The position numbers and the translations under genes are program-made. From Lama guanicoe (taxonomy: Eukaryota), in assembly GCA_013239625.1 (NCBI GenBank), contig MU053487.1, positions 2,129,058-2,193,057 on the forward strand: DNA of 64,000 nucleotides, given 5' to 3'. Below are positions 1-13,200 of this stretch, piece by piece. The notes beneath the pieces were generated by a model, which had not been told where the DNA came from, ran no database searches, and worked only from the letters and a program-made list of their open reading frames with translations. The stretch's first letter is position 1; every line of letters begins with the position of its first letter.

Positions 1-323
1 GAAAGAGCATCTTAGAAAAGCAGCCAAATGGGAAACTGTTCTCATGAAGAGCAGAATATTATGCCCCAGCAGATGCAAAATGGGAAAGAGTCCTTGACGC
101 TTCATCCCTCTGAAGGCAAGAGACTTGGCGCCTGTTTAGCATCGAGGGGAACCTCTGTGGCTCTGCATTTGTATTGATGTTTACAAGAATGCAATCTACT
201 GTGATGCCTTCCTCCCCAGACCTCCTCCCAGCATTCCAACTTGCATCCTATTAGTCATTAATACGGTTAAACTTCGATTCACAAAGACCTGCAGTGTCCC
301 TTTGGTTTATTTTGTTACAGAGC

Positions 324-329
324 AATAAA
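324..329 (+). terminator. Candidate poly(A) signal of an upstream plus-strand gene (possibly the STAC 3' UTR end)
   Basis: AATAAA followed by GU/U-rich gttggttttt, in repeat-free UTR-like sequence. STAC is the convergent neighbour of DCLK3 in human and mouse; the assignment is synteny inference only. Confidence 0.3.
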
Positions 330-834
330 ATCATTGGAACCGTTGGTTTTTAAAAGACTTAATTGGATACATCCCAGGCAGTAAGCATTATCTCCCAAAC
401 CAAAGCATAGTTAGTCTCCACTGATTTCTTTTGTTACTGCTCAGCGTGAAGCCCAGGCAGGATGGCTGCTGGTTTCTAGCAGTTGGGATGCCTTACTCTC
501 AGTTTAAAAGCCAGCATCCAGAATTTCCTCGCTCTCTGATACATGAAAAACAGAGTCAAGATGGACTCTTTGAGAGCCAGGGTGGATAATATGACTGCCA
601 TTCCATAACATGGTACGCCGCAATACAGACGTGCTTTGCCTCTAAGTCAGTATTCCATTTAATAAAGACAACACCATGGCTGGAAGGAGCATAGAAAACA
701 TGTGTCCTGATCTCTTCTTTCTGGTAGAACATCCACAGAAACTTTTGCGTACAGTTGTGTTGCATCGTATGCAAATTTAATTTGCATTTTAAAAAAAAAA
801 GCAGTTTGCCTTTTTAAGTTGAACAGAAGGAGGC

Positions 835-1262
835 TACAGTAGCTAGCCTCCAAGGTGGTCCCCCAGTGAGCCCTGCCGCCTGATATTCCTGCCTTTGTGC
901 AGCCATTCCCACGTTGAGTCAGGGCTGGTCTTATGTCACCAACAGGATACAGCAGAGTGATAGTGCATGACATCCGTGCTGGGTCACAAAGCCCCTGAAG
1001 CCTCTGCCTTGATCCCTTGGAACACTCACCCTTAGGAGCCCTGAGCCACCATGTAAGTTTACCCACTGTGAGCCCACAGTGCTAGAGAGACCCAGCAAGA
1101 CCACATGTTACTGCAGCTGAGCGCAACCCAGACATCACAGAGCAGCAGTCATCCTGCTGAGCCCTGCCCCAAGGGAAAGATTTATGAGCACGATAAATAT
1201 GGGTTTTTTAAGTCATTAAGTTTGGGAGTGATCTGTTACACAAAAATAGGTAACTGGAACAG
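835..1262 (+). mobile_element. MaLR solo LTR (MLT1-like)
   Basis: gtagctagcctccaaggtggtcccc...taagtttgggagtgatctgttacac...taactggaaca. Confidence 0.75.
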
Positions 1263-4181
1263 GAACTCTGTAATTTGAGCCAATGTTAGAAAGGAGAAAA
1301 AATACTTTCTGCACAAGGTGAACCATAAGGTTTTGCACATATCAAGTACTGGCAGGCGGTTAACCCTCCAAATGCAAGATGTCTAGTGTTCCTTAAAGAT
1401 CTGGAGTCATCCAGATATCAGAGAGAAAGTAAGAGATTCCTCATAACCCAGATCGCCATGGATGCTTACACACACACACACACACACTCTCCCGTCAAGA
1501 GGAAGAGGCCAGCATCTGGTTATGTACTGAAAGTAGCCAGCTGGGTAGCACATAGTAGGAGCTTATTACAGGTTTGCTATTAAAAGGAGAAAAATAAAAT
1601 CAGTGGGAAGATCACACACACATAAATACCCCGGTGCCAAGTATTGCTAAAAGGAAAAAAAAAAAAAGGCACTACAGAAATCTGAAAGCTGGTCCAGATC
1701 ATTGGCTGCTCCAAGGACAAGGGAGCCAGGGAGGAAACTTACTGTCAGCCCCAGCCCAGAGCCAGGCCCGTGCAGCTGTGAAAAAAGCGTGATGTGCATA
1801 AACAGAAACTTGAGATATAAATAAGTTGATTTAGAACCTGCAGAACATTTATTAGCATCGGCTAGTACATTCCAAGGAACGCAGTTGGGAAAATTCGGTA
1901 GAGAATTCTTATATAATATTGGGTCCACCTAACAGCCCCAGTGCTCCCTAATAGTCCCTTTCTTCCTACAACTCACTGACATACTTGTGTAGTACTGAAA
2001 AGGACACACAAGCATTGTAAAAACTAAAGGCTGAAAGCCAGCCTACTCTGGAATCTGAGTCCACATAAGTAGGAGACAGAGGGCTCTGTGTCCTCCAGGG
2101 GTGGAGAAACTCAGGAGAAAGAGTAGTTTTTTCATGCTCTGACAAATTTAGCAAATACTGACCAGCAGGGCGTAGGCTGCTATAAATCTGAGAATAAAAG
2201 AAAGTTCAGCATCGCCCAAAATAGCAACCCCAGGAACCTGAGTGAGCAGGTGTGCTCCACAGACTTGTCACAAAACAAAAATCTTCACAAACAATTCGGA
2301 CAAAAAAATTGAAACTAGTTTAATGACATCCTGTAGCGATCCCTTACAGTCTGTTCCGTTACTGTTCTGTTGTGTTTTGTACACCACCTGGTGTTTTTGA
2401 CCCTTAGAACATGTTTTGTTTTGTTTTCTTAGCTTCCAATAAGGAGTTTTAAATAGTCCTCAATCTTTCTGTGGGTAATAGAAACTTTTAACTGAACTTT
2501 GAAATTTTAACAAGATAATGGCAATTTTATAGTTCCTTTTTAAAAATAAAGAAGTGGCAGATTTTTTTTTTAAATCATCTCATCAAGTTTAAACAGCTAT
2601 TGAACAACTTCCATGTCTTCATGGAAGTCAGGATGTACTAAAGTACTGAAAATACACCCTGGGAAAGGACAGTACCTATTTCCAAGGAAAATGACAGAGC
2701 ACCTTTAGATTTCTCCCCTCACCTCATTTGCTCAGGTTCTTGGGTTATTTCTCTGACCCCATTTTATTCAATGCATCACAATATTTTTCTCTGTCTGCCA
2801 CTCCTTTTGAACCAGCTCCTTGAAATTGTGCTTAGTTCATTTATTTTCAGTCTTTACTAAGGTAAAAAGAAAAATCATCCAAGGTTATAACTTTTCCTCT
2901 GAGTTCAGCTTTGACCATATTTTCATTTACTTAAAAATACTCTGTAATTACAGTTATGATTTTTCTCTCAGATTTTTTTATTTCTTGTGTGTGTGTGTGT
3001 GTGTGTGATTAAAACTATTGTACATTGTGGTCAGAAAATATGGTCCATGTGGTTTCTGCTTTGAGGAATTAATTGGTATTTTATTTTTTGCTCTAATATG
3101 TGAATAATATTTACAGAAATTTGATAGATGCTGGCAAAAAAGAAAAGCCATGTCTGTGGTATATAAAGTTCAATATATGGCTACTCAATAAATGCTGAAA
3201 GTATTCAGGTCATGTGTTCTCATTTATTTTCGCTAATGTGCCCTCTCGAAGAAAGGAAGTCAAGAGCCAGCAGCCATGGGACCGAAATGAGAGACACCTC
3301 GTGAGGACCTCCAATCGCTCCTTTAGTGCCAGCCCGTGGACGAAGGAATGCCACCCAGGGCTCTCCACCACAGCTTCCTCTTCCACATTTAGGATGAATC
3401 ACTAAAGTCATTTCCTAAGTAAGCATTCTAACTCCCTGGAGAAACCTGTAAAGGAACCACTTTTAAGTGAAGAGGTCTTAAAAATATTCTTGGAAAACTT
3501 CAGTGTTAGCTCAGGGAGTTTTGACAGAGAAAAACTACAGCAATCATTGTCGGGCGAGAATCACATCACAGCTCCAGCCTCCAAGACCCGTGAGGGCGAA
3601 AATCACATGAAAATCACAAAACATCTTCATACCCAAGAGTCTACGTCTGGATATGGTCAATCACCAGCTGCTGATCCTGAGATGTGGATTTCCCTCTGGT
3701 CATTACAATGGTGGTTCTTTTGGCAGTGAAATCAACATTTATTAGAGTCAACTGGGAAAGCCTGTAATCAAACAAGTAATACTGGAAATGTATGGTCAGT
3801 GCTACAACAGAGGCAGGAGAGCGAACCACAAGGATGTGCTGGAACCATGCTGATTCCATTAGGAACGGGGTCCACAGAAGTTTCAACTTCTCGTTCCAAA
3901 AATGTTCTCACTTTCCAAGAAGGTGATTTTACACTGGAAGGGCTAAGGCTGCCTTTCAGCTCTTTTAAAATTTCCCAACACGTGAAGCACTTTAGTTCCA
4001 CGAAAATTTGGGGAGATCATGTGCATTTGGGAGGGTATTTTGTGGAGACGAGGTGGAGTTAGACTTTGGGAGGCGAGGCGATTCTTTTCAACTTTTTACT
4101 ATAAATGTTTCCAACGGTGTGCTCCCTCCAGGCCTGAGTATTTGTTGAGTTTGTGTTGAGTCTCTGAGCAATATTAGGAGT

Positions 4182-4253
4182 ATAGTTATCCCTCAGTGTC
4201 AGTGGGGGGTTGGTTCCAGGACACCTCCTCACCCCAGTAGGATACGAAAAATC
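4182..4253 (+). mobile_element. MER2/Tigger-like terminal fragment
   Basis: agttatccctcagtgtcagtggggggttggttccaggac. Confidence 0.55.
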
Positions 4254-5100
4254 TTTTTACTTTATGTACTTCTTAACTAATGAAATTTAGTTCGTTTTAT
4301 TACTTTCGTCTTTAATCCTTCATCTTGCTTTATAAGTGATTAATCCACCACCGTTGTTCTATATTTACCTTCTCCAGTGAAATGTTTACTTTGTGTATTT
4401 GCTTATTATTAATTAGTGCCATTTATTCCAGCTTAGAAACATTCTTTTAACATTTCTTGTAGGGCACTGTGTACTTATTTCTTTGGGAGTGATAATGAAC
4501 TTCTTTAGCTTTTGCTCATCTGGGAAACTCAATTTCTCCTTAAATTCTGAATGATAACCTTGCTGGGTAGAGAATACTTGGTTGGGCTTTTTTTTTTTTC
4601 CTAGCACTTTGAATATGTTATCCTACTCCTTTCTGGAAAGTGCCTGCTGAAAAAATCTGCTGATAGCCTTATGGGGTTTCCCTTGTATGTAACAAGGTGG
4701 TTTTTCTCTTGCTACTTTTCTTCATCATTAACTTTCGCCATTTAATTATAATGTGTCTTGGTGTGTATCTCTTTGAGTTCATCTTATTTGGAACTTCCAG
4801 GGCTTCCTAGACCCTAAAGTCTGCTTCCTACCCCAGATTAAGGAAAATTTCAGCCATTATTTTTTCAAATAATTTCTGATTCTGTGTGTTAGGTATATCA
4901 GCTCTCTCCCCAGTCTTGGAGGCATGGCCTTACTTAGGAGATGTCCAATGGCAATCAAATAAAGCCCTGCCTGGCCACCAGGGCTACACACTCAGTGGGT
5001 ACCTGTCCCACTCCATAGGCTGTGTGCACCGTCCTGTTGCAGTAGGGCCACAGCTGTGCTGTGATGCACTGGTGGACAGGGCTGGCCCCAGACCTGAACC
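4250..5100 (-). mobile_element. Old L1 fragments (ORF1/5' region), antisense
   Basis: T-rich antisense L1 signature (ctgctgatagccttatggggtttcccttgtatgt...tcagccattatttt). Confidence 0.75.
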
Positions 5101-6596
5101 TTTCTCTTCTTATCTCTCTTTAACCCCTTCCTCTTCTACTGTCCCCATCACCACTACCACTCCCAAGATTGCAATTCAGTCCCTACAGAAATAATCTAGT
5201 TCCTTAAGGAAATAACATTTCTCTTGCATTTTGTAAACTCCATGGCCTCAGTACATGAATGTTCAAGATTTTTTTCCTTCTCCAAATTTCTATTTCTCCC
5301 AGAGGGAAAGGGTGGATATTGGTCTCAGTGGTCTCTGGTTTCGTACAGTAAGGGGATAACAGAAGCAGTCAAATGTAAACTCTGGTGTGAGAGGAGATGG
5401 TTACATTGTGAGCATTTCCACCCCTGACTGCCATTTGGTTTTCAAATACACCTTATATTTAGATTTCAAGACAAATCAGTTGTTATGGTAATAAGCTGTA
5501 AAAACATGGGGCAAGATGTCTAATCAAGAGAAGACTGTGGGAGAAGGAGAATACACACATGTGGGGTGATTCAGGTAGATGAAAAAAACAAGAAAAGGTT
5601 TACGGGGCACCACTGCAACGTGGGTGAAATCAATATTCTGCAGGGGCTGGTACTGGGAAAGCTGAGACAAAAGGAAGATACCGTTAGGGACAAGAGAGGG
5701 AGCGGGCTGGAAAAGAGGGAGGCCCGTGCCCCAGCAGGAGAGTCTGTAGCCGTGCGAGGCGACAAGGGACCCATGGCAGCACAGAAAGGTCAGTCAGCCT
5801 GCCTGGAAGCATCTTCCTGGCACCAGATGTCCACAGCTCCTCCACCACTGCAAAGCCTTTTTGGATGGTGGTTTTTTTCCCCAGAGTCAGCCTCAAAGCC
5901 AGAATCACCTTCCTAAAGCATCGCTTTGATGCAGAAACCCCTCCCGTGGCTCCCCCAGCCCTACAGAAGCCAGCCCAGCAAGTCTGGTGGTGCCAGACCA
6001 CGATCACACCTCTGAAACTGCACAGCCCTGGCCAGAAACCACTCAGCTGGCATCTGTCACTTCATGTTTGACAGGGTGTCCATTTTTTCACATTTACTTC
6101 AGTGAATAGACTAAATTCCTTGAGGGTTGAATGCTAGGCTAGACTGCCCCGGAGAAGACAATCACTGTCTTTGTGATGAGTTCATAAGACCACGAGTATC
6201 GTCAGCAGCAGCAGCGGAGTTCCCAGCCCCTCCCGTCGTGACTGGCACACTCTCCCATCTCTTAGCAGATCAAGGTCGTGGCACTCAATGAATATGAGTC
6301 TTCTGCCCGTAGCAAATCAATCAGCAAAGCCCACCAAGATAGAGAAATCAAATTCAAGACCTGGACTAGAGATTTGGTTTTGTCTTGTCCTTGACAGAGA
6401 ACGCAGCTCCAGTCCCCATCACAAGGCACGGCAGCTCCACCACCTCCAGAATAACAGCTTAAAGAGCACTTGCTAACAGGGCTGCCTCCACAAGGCCCCT
6501 CTGTTCATCACCCCTTTCCATCCCTGTTGCTTTTAGAGACAGCTCAGGTTGGGTCGGGGGATGAAGAATAGGAATTGTTTGCATTTTATAATTTAA

Positions 6597-6689
6597 AAAA
6601 AATTTTTTTTAGTGATGGTACTGGGGATTGAACCCAGGACCTCATGCATGGTAAGCACGCTCTCTGCTACTGAGCTATACCCTCCACCC
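6597..6689 (-). mobile_element. Camelid tRNA-derived SINE (Vic-1-like)
   Basis: Minus strand gggtggagggtatagctcagtagcagagagcgtgcttacc...gggttcaatccccagtacc; Pol III A/B boxes; TSD tgcattttat. Confidence 0.85.
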
Positions 6690-6842
6690 TGCATTTTATG
6701 ATTTTAAATCTCAAGTTATGAGCGATGTTAAAAAGTAGTATGTATTGAGCAAGTCTGTGTCTTGGATTAGCTGTAAGGCTTGCGTTGGCACCCAGAAGAA
6801 GGAACTGAGAACTTTTCTCCCAGATGTTCCCACAAACTCTCC

Positions 6843-6860
6843 AGTCCCCAGGCGGCGCAC
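6843..6860 (+). promoter_or_regulatory. CTCF-like motif
   Basis: Plus strand AGTCCCCAGGCGGCGCAC with retained CpGs in CpG-poor surroundings. Confidence 0.5.
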
Positions 6861-7486
6861 TGATGGGTGGGAGCTCTGCACTCAGGCGAGCAGGGTTCCT
6901 GTCTGACTCGGTACTCACCAGCTGTGAAACTTACAGCACATTTCCTCAGCCACAAAATAAATACCACATAATGCCCATCTCTTCAGGTTGTTTGGAGAAT
7001 TCAATAGAAAGATACAAGCATAGTTTTCGGGACATAGTAGGTACTCAATAAAACATATCTGTAAATATACATCATGCATGTGGCAAGAATAACCCTCTCT
7101 GAACCTACAACCCATCATAATTAATGTCTCTCTGGCTTTCTATGGCTTGCCAGGACTTCCAAGCTCATTCTGCTTTGTAAACCAGATGTTTGTTTGTTCT
7201 TACTAGATTACAAGCAATCTAGGGGAAGAGACGAATCTTTCTCATAATTTCAGCAGCACACTTTTCTGGACTGTTTAGCTGAATCTGTTTCCCTTGTACC
7301 CTGTCCAGTACTCTACGTGTAGTGAATATTTAATAACTGCTTTTTCAGTTATTTAACTAAATTTGTCTCCAAAACAGAGACACCATCTGGGGTCTTTTCA
7401 ACCCTTGAAATCTAGGGAGAATAACTTGGGAGCCTTAAATCCACAGTCTGGAAAAGTCTAACGCCTTCATCACACAGAACATAAAC

Positions 7487-8255
7487 TTGTGCAGCCGCTA
7501 TGGAAAGCAGTATCGAAGTTCCCCCAAAAAACGAAAAATAGGACTACTGTATCATCCAGCAATCCTACTTCTGGATATATACCAAAAGGAGATGAAAACA
7601 GGATACAGAAGAAAGATCTGCATTCCCATGTTCACTGAAGCATATTCGCAACAGTCAAGATTTGGCACCAACCTAAGTATACGTCAATGGCCAAATATAT
7701 AAAAGAAGATATGGTGCCTCTGCACACACATGACGGACTATTGTTCAGCATGTGAAATGCATGTGAAATGAAACATCTTGCCATTTGTGACAACATGGAT
7801 GGAACCGGAAGGCATGATGCTAAGTGAAATAAGACAGAGAAAGACAAATACTTTCACTTATAGGTGGTGGAATCTTAAAGAAGTCAAACTCATAGAAATA
7901 GAGGTCACCAGGGGCTGGAGCAGGGGGACTAGCGAGAGGTCAGTAAAAGGGTACAAACTTTCAGGTCTAAGATGAATAAATCTAAGGATCAATGTATAAC
8001 ACGGTGACTAGAGTGGGTAACACTGTATCATATAATTGAAATGTAATAAGAGTAGAACTTAAATGTTCTCACTCACACAAAAAAAGATGAAAAGATATAT
8101 ATGTGAGGTAATGGATGTAATAACTAACTAGATAGGGAGAATCATTTCACCATGTACACCCATATCAAATCATCATGATGGACATTTTAAATATCTTACA
8201 ATTTTGTAAATTATATCTCAATAAAGCTGGAAACAAAACTTAAGAATTTTTAAAA
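7487..8255 (+). mobile_element. Older L1 (L1MA/MB-like) 3' end
   Basis: catccagcaatcctacttctggatatat...tgccatttgtgacaacatggat...tatatctcaataaagctgg. Confidence 0.9.
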
Positions 8256-10898
8256 AGAGAATCATGTAGCCAGTCCTGGTTACTATGTTTTATTCATCTT
8301 ATCCCATCTCACATTAATTAACTCTACCACACTACACTCTAGAAATTCCTTAAGACTTCTGATCTCCTGGACCCCCTTGGACTCCCTGTTTCTATCCTCT
8401 TTCAAGACACAGAAAGACAAAGAAAGGCTGTTTCTGTCTCTGCAAAACCTCACACTGGATGCAAAACTCAGTCTTCTCACCATTGTTTACAAGAATCCAT
8501 TCCCATAAATCTTGTACTGAGTTTAGACCTGGCCTGATGATGTCAGCAGGAGATCCAAGGAGGAGTCCCCGCACATAACTTTCCATCAGCTCCCTGTGCC
8601 CACCCCCGCCCCCTCCTTCTTCCCTGCTCCTCTCTGCTTTCTTCTGCCCCAGGAGCTCCAAATTCACCTCATTCCTCTAACTATTTCTCTCCAGCTCCTT
8701 TCCTCACTTTGCACAGCCAAATGCACCCCAATGCTCAACAGGGCAACGGGTCCTCCTTTTGACAAGACCTACTCTCTGTAGAAGGACTTAGATGACAGTT
8801 AAAATTGTAAATAATACAAATACCATCTTTAGTTACCAGGAAAGCCTCCATTTACAACACTATATTAGAGCAGCTGCATGCGTTTGTCCCCTCCAGGCCC
8901 CAGTACCTGACCTAGAAGACCAGGTCCACCCTCAGTATCTCAGATGGACACTTCAGACCCTCTCAGTCTATGCAGTGGGGCCGAGCCAACCGGCCTTTCT
9001 CTCCACTGTATGTGGCTTCATGTCACCTTCCTAACACCTACTTCTCAAAGTCTCACTATTTCAGCTCCTCCACTGACTGTCGACATGAGTGAAACGCATG
9101 CTCATTTGTTTATCAATGTCTTCCCTTCATGCTGAACATAAAATGATTTTTCTTCGGTTTCTGATTTGAAATTTGGATAATTACAGCACGTAGACTACTT
9201 TCGGAAAGTCACCTTTCCAAACATACTGCAGATGAGAAACAATGAGGGATTCTTGGTGATGGTTTACTCTTGGAGAAACAGACATTACACCTCTGACCTA
9301 ACAGCACAAGTGGGATGGCCTGAAATATCACTGCACAACAGTTCCACCCCGGAACTGGATGTACTTGGCCTTCCCACCACAAGAATGCAGCTGGTACTAG
9401 TTCTCTACTTACACAATCTTTTTTCAAGGAATATAATCTGTGTCACAAATGCACAGGAATAGTGACATGATTTGCTTTTGTGTAAGTCTAAATGTACTAA
9501 TAATCTAATTATATATTATACTGTTATTATTGATACTAGCATTAGACTAATAATAATAATGGCGTACTCTAAATTATAGCGGTAGTCCTTAAAACATTGT
9601 TTTATCTTTACTTACAGTACCACTTCATCATGAAGAGAACAGAAACAGTAAATGCTTATCATTAATAGAGCTGCTGACCTAGAAGATAACTATTAGTGTT
9701 TGATCAGATAGTAAGAAGAGCATGGATTTTTTTTTAAATATAGCCTAGATTGGAACCCTGATTTAGTTCCTTAGTAGCTTGTGGCCTTGGACAAATTAAT
9801 TTTCTGAGCCTCAGAGATACTACTACTCACCTGGAAAACTATTGAGAGAATTAAAGGAAATATTTCTATGAACATGAATAGTGTAGTGACAAGCTCACAG
9901 AAGGCTCAAAAATATTGACTATTGTCCCCCAAGAGTGGTATCATCCTATTAAGAGGCTGCTGCCCAATAATAACCTGGTGACTAAAAAATAATATTTTAT
10001 TCCATAGTAAATACTTTCCCAGTATCTTTGTTTCGTATGTGAATGGTTAATAGTTAATAAACCAGCCGAGTATATACTGAGCCCCTGATTCTCCACTTGT
10101 CCTGACACGGCATAAACAGAGTGTACAGAGGACTGGCCCAGCCCCTGCTGATCGACCGCAGCCTCCTTCAAGAGCTATGGACAAAATTCTTTATGCTTAT
10201 ATGGTCCCTATGACTGATACACTCAGAGCATTTTTCTGGAGATTAAATCAGGGCTTTCATATGACCCTGGTTAATAAATGTCAAGTCTCCAGGGTGAAAC
10301 CTCAGAATGCCCTTTTGAGGAAGGTGGCTGACAACCTTATCTTCCACACAAATAAACTGAGGGATGGAGAGGATAAATCAGAGGGCTTTTTACAGATTCT
10401 CCAATCTTGCTCACTTTTAGTTTACACATGAAGACCAGTGCTTCACGGAGAGGCGCTGAGTGTCAGCAGGGATCCAGAGAGCACGGTTGTGGTTTCTCGG
10501 AGGAAGACGCCCCCATTCTCCTAGCATGGCTGGGAGGTCATAGGACCTGATGGGGCAGGGTGCTGCTGGGACAGGGGACGCTCTGACTGGGTAGAGAGTC
10601 TGAGTCAGTGACATCACACAAGCAGACCAGCCAGAACTCCAAAGGTGGCCAGTTGTGGCATCTGTCATCCTAAAAACAAAGTTCCCACTTTGCGCTGAGT
10701 TCCTGTGGCTACAGTCAGCCTCTTCTCAGGAGGAAAGGAGAGCTCAGGGGGAGCTAGGAAGGAGGAATTTTGTGCATCTGGAGGGGGCAGAGTGCTCTGG
10801 GCAGCTGGAGAGGACGGAAGTCCCACCCGCCAGGTTGGGACAATGTCAGTAACTAAGAAGAAGAAAGCTATACTTCAATTTAAAAATAATAATAATAG

Positions 10899-12238
10899 GC
10901 AAAACATTATCTGACATACATTTCAAAAATTTTCTCCTAGAAGAAATAAAAACAAGAATAAACAAATGGGACCTAATGAAACTTACAAGCTTCTGCAAAG
11001 CAAAGGAAACCAGAAGTAAAACAAGAAGAAAACCTACGGAATGGGAGAAAATTTTTGCAAGTGAAACCGACAAAGGCTTGATCTCCAAAATATATAAGCA
11101 GCTCATACGACTCAATAAGAAAAAAATAAACAACCCAATCCAAAAATGGGCAGAAGACCTAAACAAGCAATTCTCCAAGGAAGACATACAAATGATCAAA
11201 AAACACATGAAAAAATGTTCAATATCACTAATTATCAGAGAAATGCAAATCAAAACTACAATGAGGTATCACCTCACACCAGTCAGAATGGCCGTCATTC
11301 AAAAATCCACAAATGACAAATGCTGGAGAGGCTGTGGAGAAAGGGGAACCCTCCTACACTGCTGGTGGGAATGCAGTTTGGTGCAGCCACTNNNNNNNNN
11401 NNNNNNNNNNNNNNNNNNNNNNNNNNNNNNNNNNNNNNNNNNNNNNNNNNNNNNNNNNNNNNNNNNNNNNNNNNNNNNNNNNNNNNNNNNNNNNNNNNNN
11501 NNNNNNNNNNNNNNNNNNNNNNNNNNNNNNNNNNNNNNNNNNNNNNNNNNNNNNNNNNNNNNNNNNNNNNNNNNNNNNNNNNNNNNNNNNNNNNNNNNNN
11601 NNNNNNNNNNNNNNNNNNNNNNNNNNNNNNNNNNNNNNNNNNNNNNNNNNNNNNNNNNNNNNNNNNNNNNNNNNNNNNNNNNNNNNNNNNNNNNNNNNNN
11701 NNNNNNNNNNNNNNNNNNNNNNNNNNNNNNNNNNNNNNNNNNNNNNNNNNNNNNNNNNNNNNNNNNNNNNNNNNNNNNNNNNNNNNNNNNNNNNNNNNNN
11801 NNNNNNNNNNNNNNNNNNNNNNNNNNNNNNNNNNNNNNNNNNNNNNNNNNNNNNNNNNNNNNNNNNNNNNNNNNNNNNNNNNNNNNNNNNNNNNNNNNNN
11901 NNNNNNNNNNNNNNNNNNNNNNNNNNNNNNNNNNNNNNNNNNNNNNNNNNNNNNNNNNNNNNNNNNNNNNNNNNNNNNNNNNNNNNNNNNNNNNNNNNNN
12001 NNNNNNNNNNNNNNNNNNNNNNNNNNNNNNNNNNNNNNNNNNNNNNNNNNNNNNNNNNNNNNNNNNNNNNNNNNNNNNNNNNNNNNNNNNNNNNNNNNNN
12101 NNNNNNNNNNNNNNNNNNNNNNNNNNNNNNNNNNNNNNNNNNNNNNNNNNNNNNNNNNNNNNNNNNNNNNNNNTACATTGGAATTTGACACAACACTGTA
12201 AATGATTTATGAATCAATAAAAATGTAAAAAAAAAAAT
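10899..12238 (+). mobile_element. Young 5'-truncated LINE-1 (ORF2 C-terminus, 3' UTR, polyA)
   Basis: Open L1 ORF2 frame ([11 protein letters not shown]...EWEKIFA...[11 protein letters not shown]...[18 protein letters not shown], cysteine-rich domain); AATAAA and A-tail; 14-bp TSD aataataataatag at 10885-10898 and 12239-12252. Confidence 0.95.
11392..12173. other. Assembly gap (782 N)
   Basis: Run of N inside the L1. Confidence 1.
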
Positions 12239-12654
12239 AATAATAATAATAGAACTTAAAAAGTGTATGAGACTTGGCACCTGATAGGAAAACTCTGCTT
12301 CCCTTGCATCCCTGCAGAAGACAACAGTGTGGGCCCAGAGGAGAAACATACACTCAGCAGAACATGGATGAAGGAAGACAAGGAAGACCAGACTGAACGT
12401 CCAGAGAGAATATGCCTTTGAGAAAATCTAACTGGCCAAGGATTCAAACCAAAGTTTAAGTGGAAAAGCAACCAGAAATTAGTATATGAGCCTCATTACC
12501 AAGTACCCATAGTTGTTGCACATACTTAACTAATTCTTTCCAAAAGTCTATACAGTTTTTACTCTGTATGTGGCTTCAGTTGTTCTCCAAGGCTTTTAAA
12601 TCTCTCCTAAAATCCATTAAATAACCCCTTCAGAGACCATTAAGGACGGATGTT

Positions 12655-13200
12655 AGCAGTACTATTACAATAGTCAAGACATGGAAACAACCTAAATGTC
12701 CACTGACAGATGACTGGATAAAGAAGCTGTGGTATATTTATACAATGGAGTACTACTCAGCCATAAAAAAAGAATAAAATAATGCCATTTGCAGCAGCAT
12801 GGATGGACCTGGAGATTGTCATTCTAAGTAAGCCAGAAAGAGAAAGAAAAATACCATATGATATCACTTATATGTGGAATCTAAAAAAAAAAAAAGACAC
12901 AATTGAACTTATTTCCAAAACAGAGACAAACTCACAGACATAGAAAACAAACTTATGGTTACCAAAGAAGGAGGGAGGAGGGATAAACTGGGAGTCAGAT
13001 TAACAGATACAAACTACTACATACAGAATAGATGAACAACAAGGTCCTACTGTATAGTACAGGGAACTATATTCAATACCTTGTAGTGACTTATGGTGAA
13101 AAAGAATATGAAAACGAGTATATGCATGCTCACATATAACAGAAGCACTGTGCTGTACACCAGAAACTGACAGAGCATTGTAAACTGACTATAAAATTTA
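12655..13200 (+). mobile_element. L1 3' end
   Basis: caagacatggaaacaacctaaatgtcc...gctgtacaccagaaactgac...tgtaaactgactata. Confidence 0.9.

Noticed and set aside
11295..12349. Long ORFs of 291-409 aa in the ORF track
   Set aside because: Artefacts of translating through the N gap; only the L1 ORF2 part is real.
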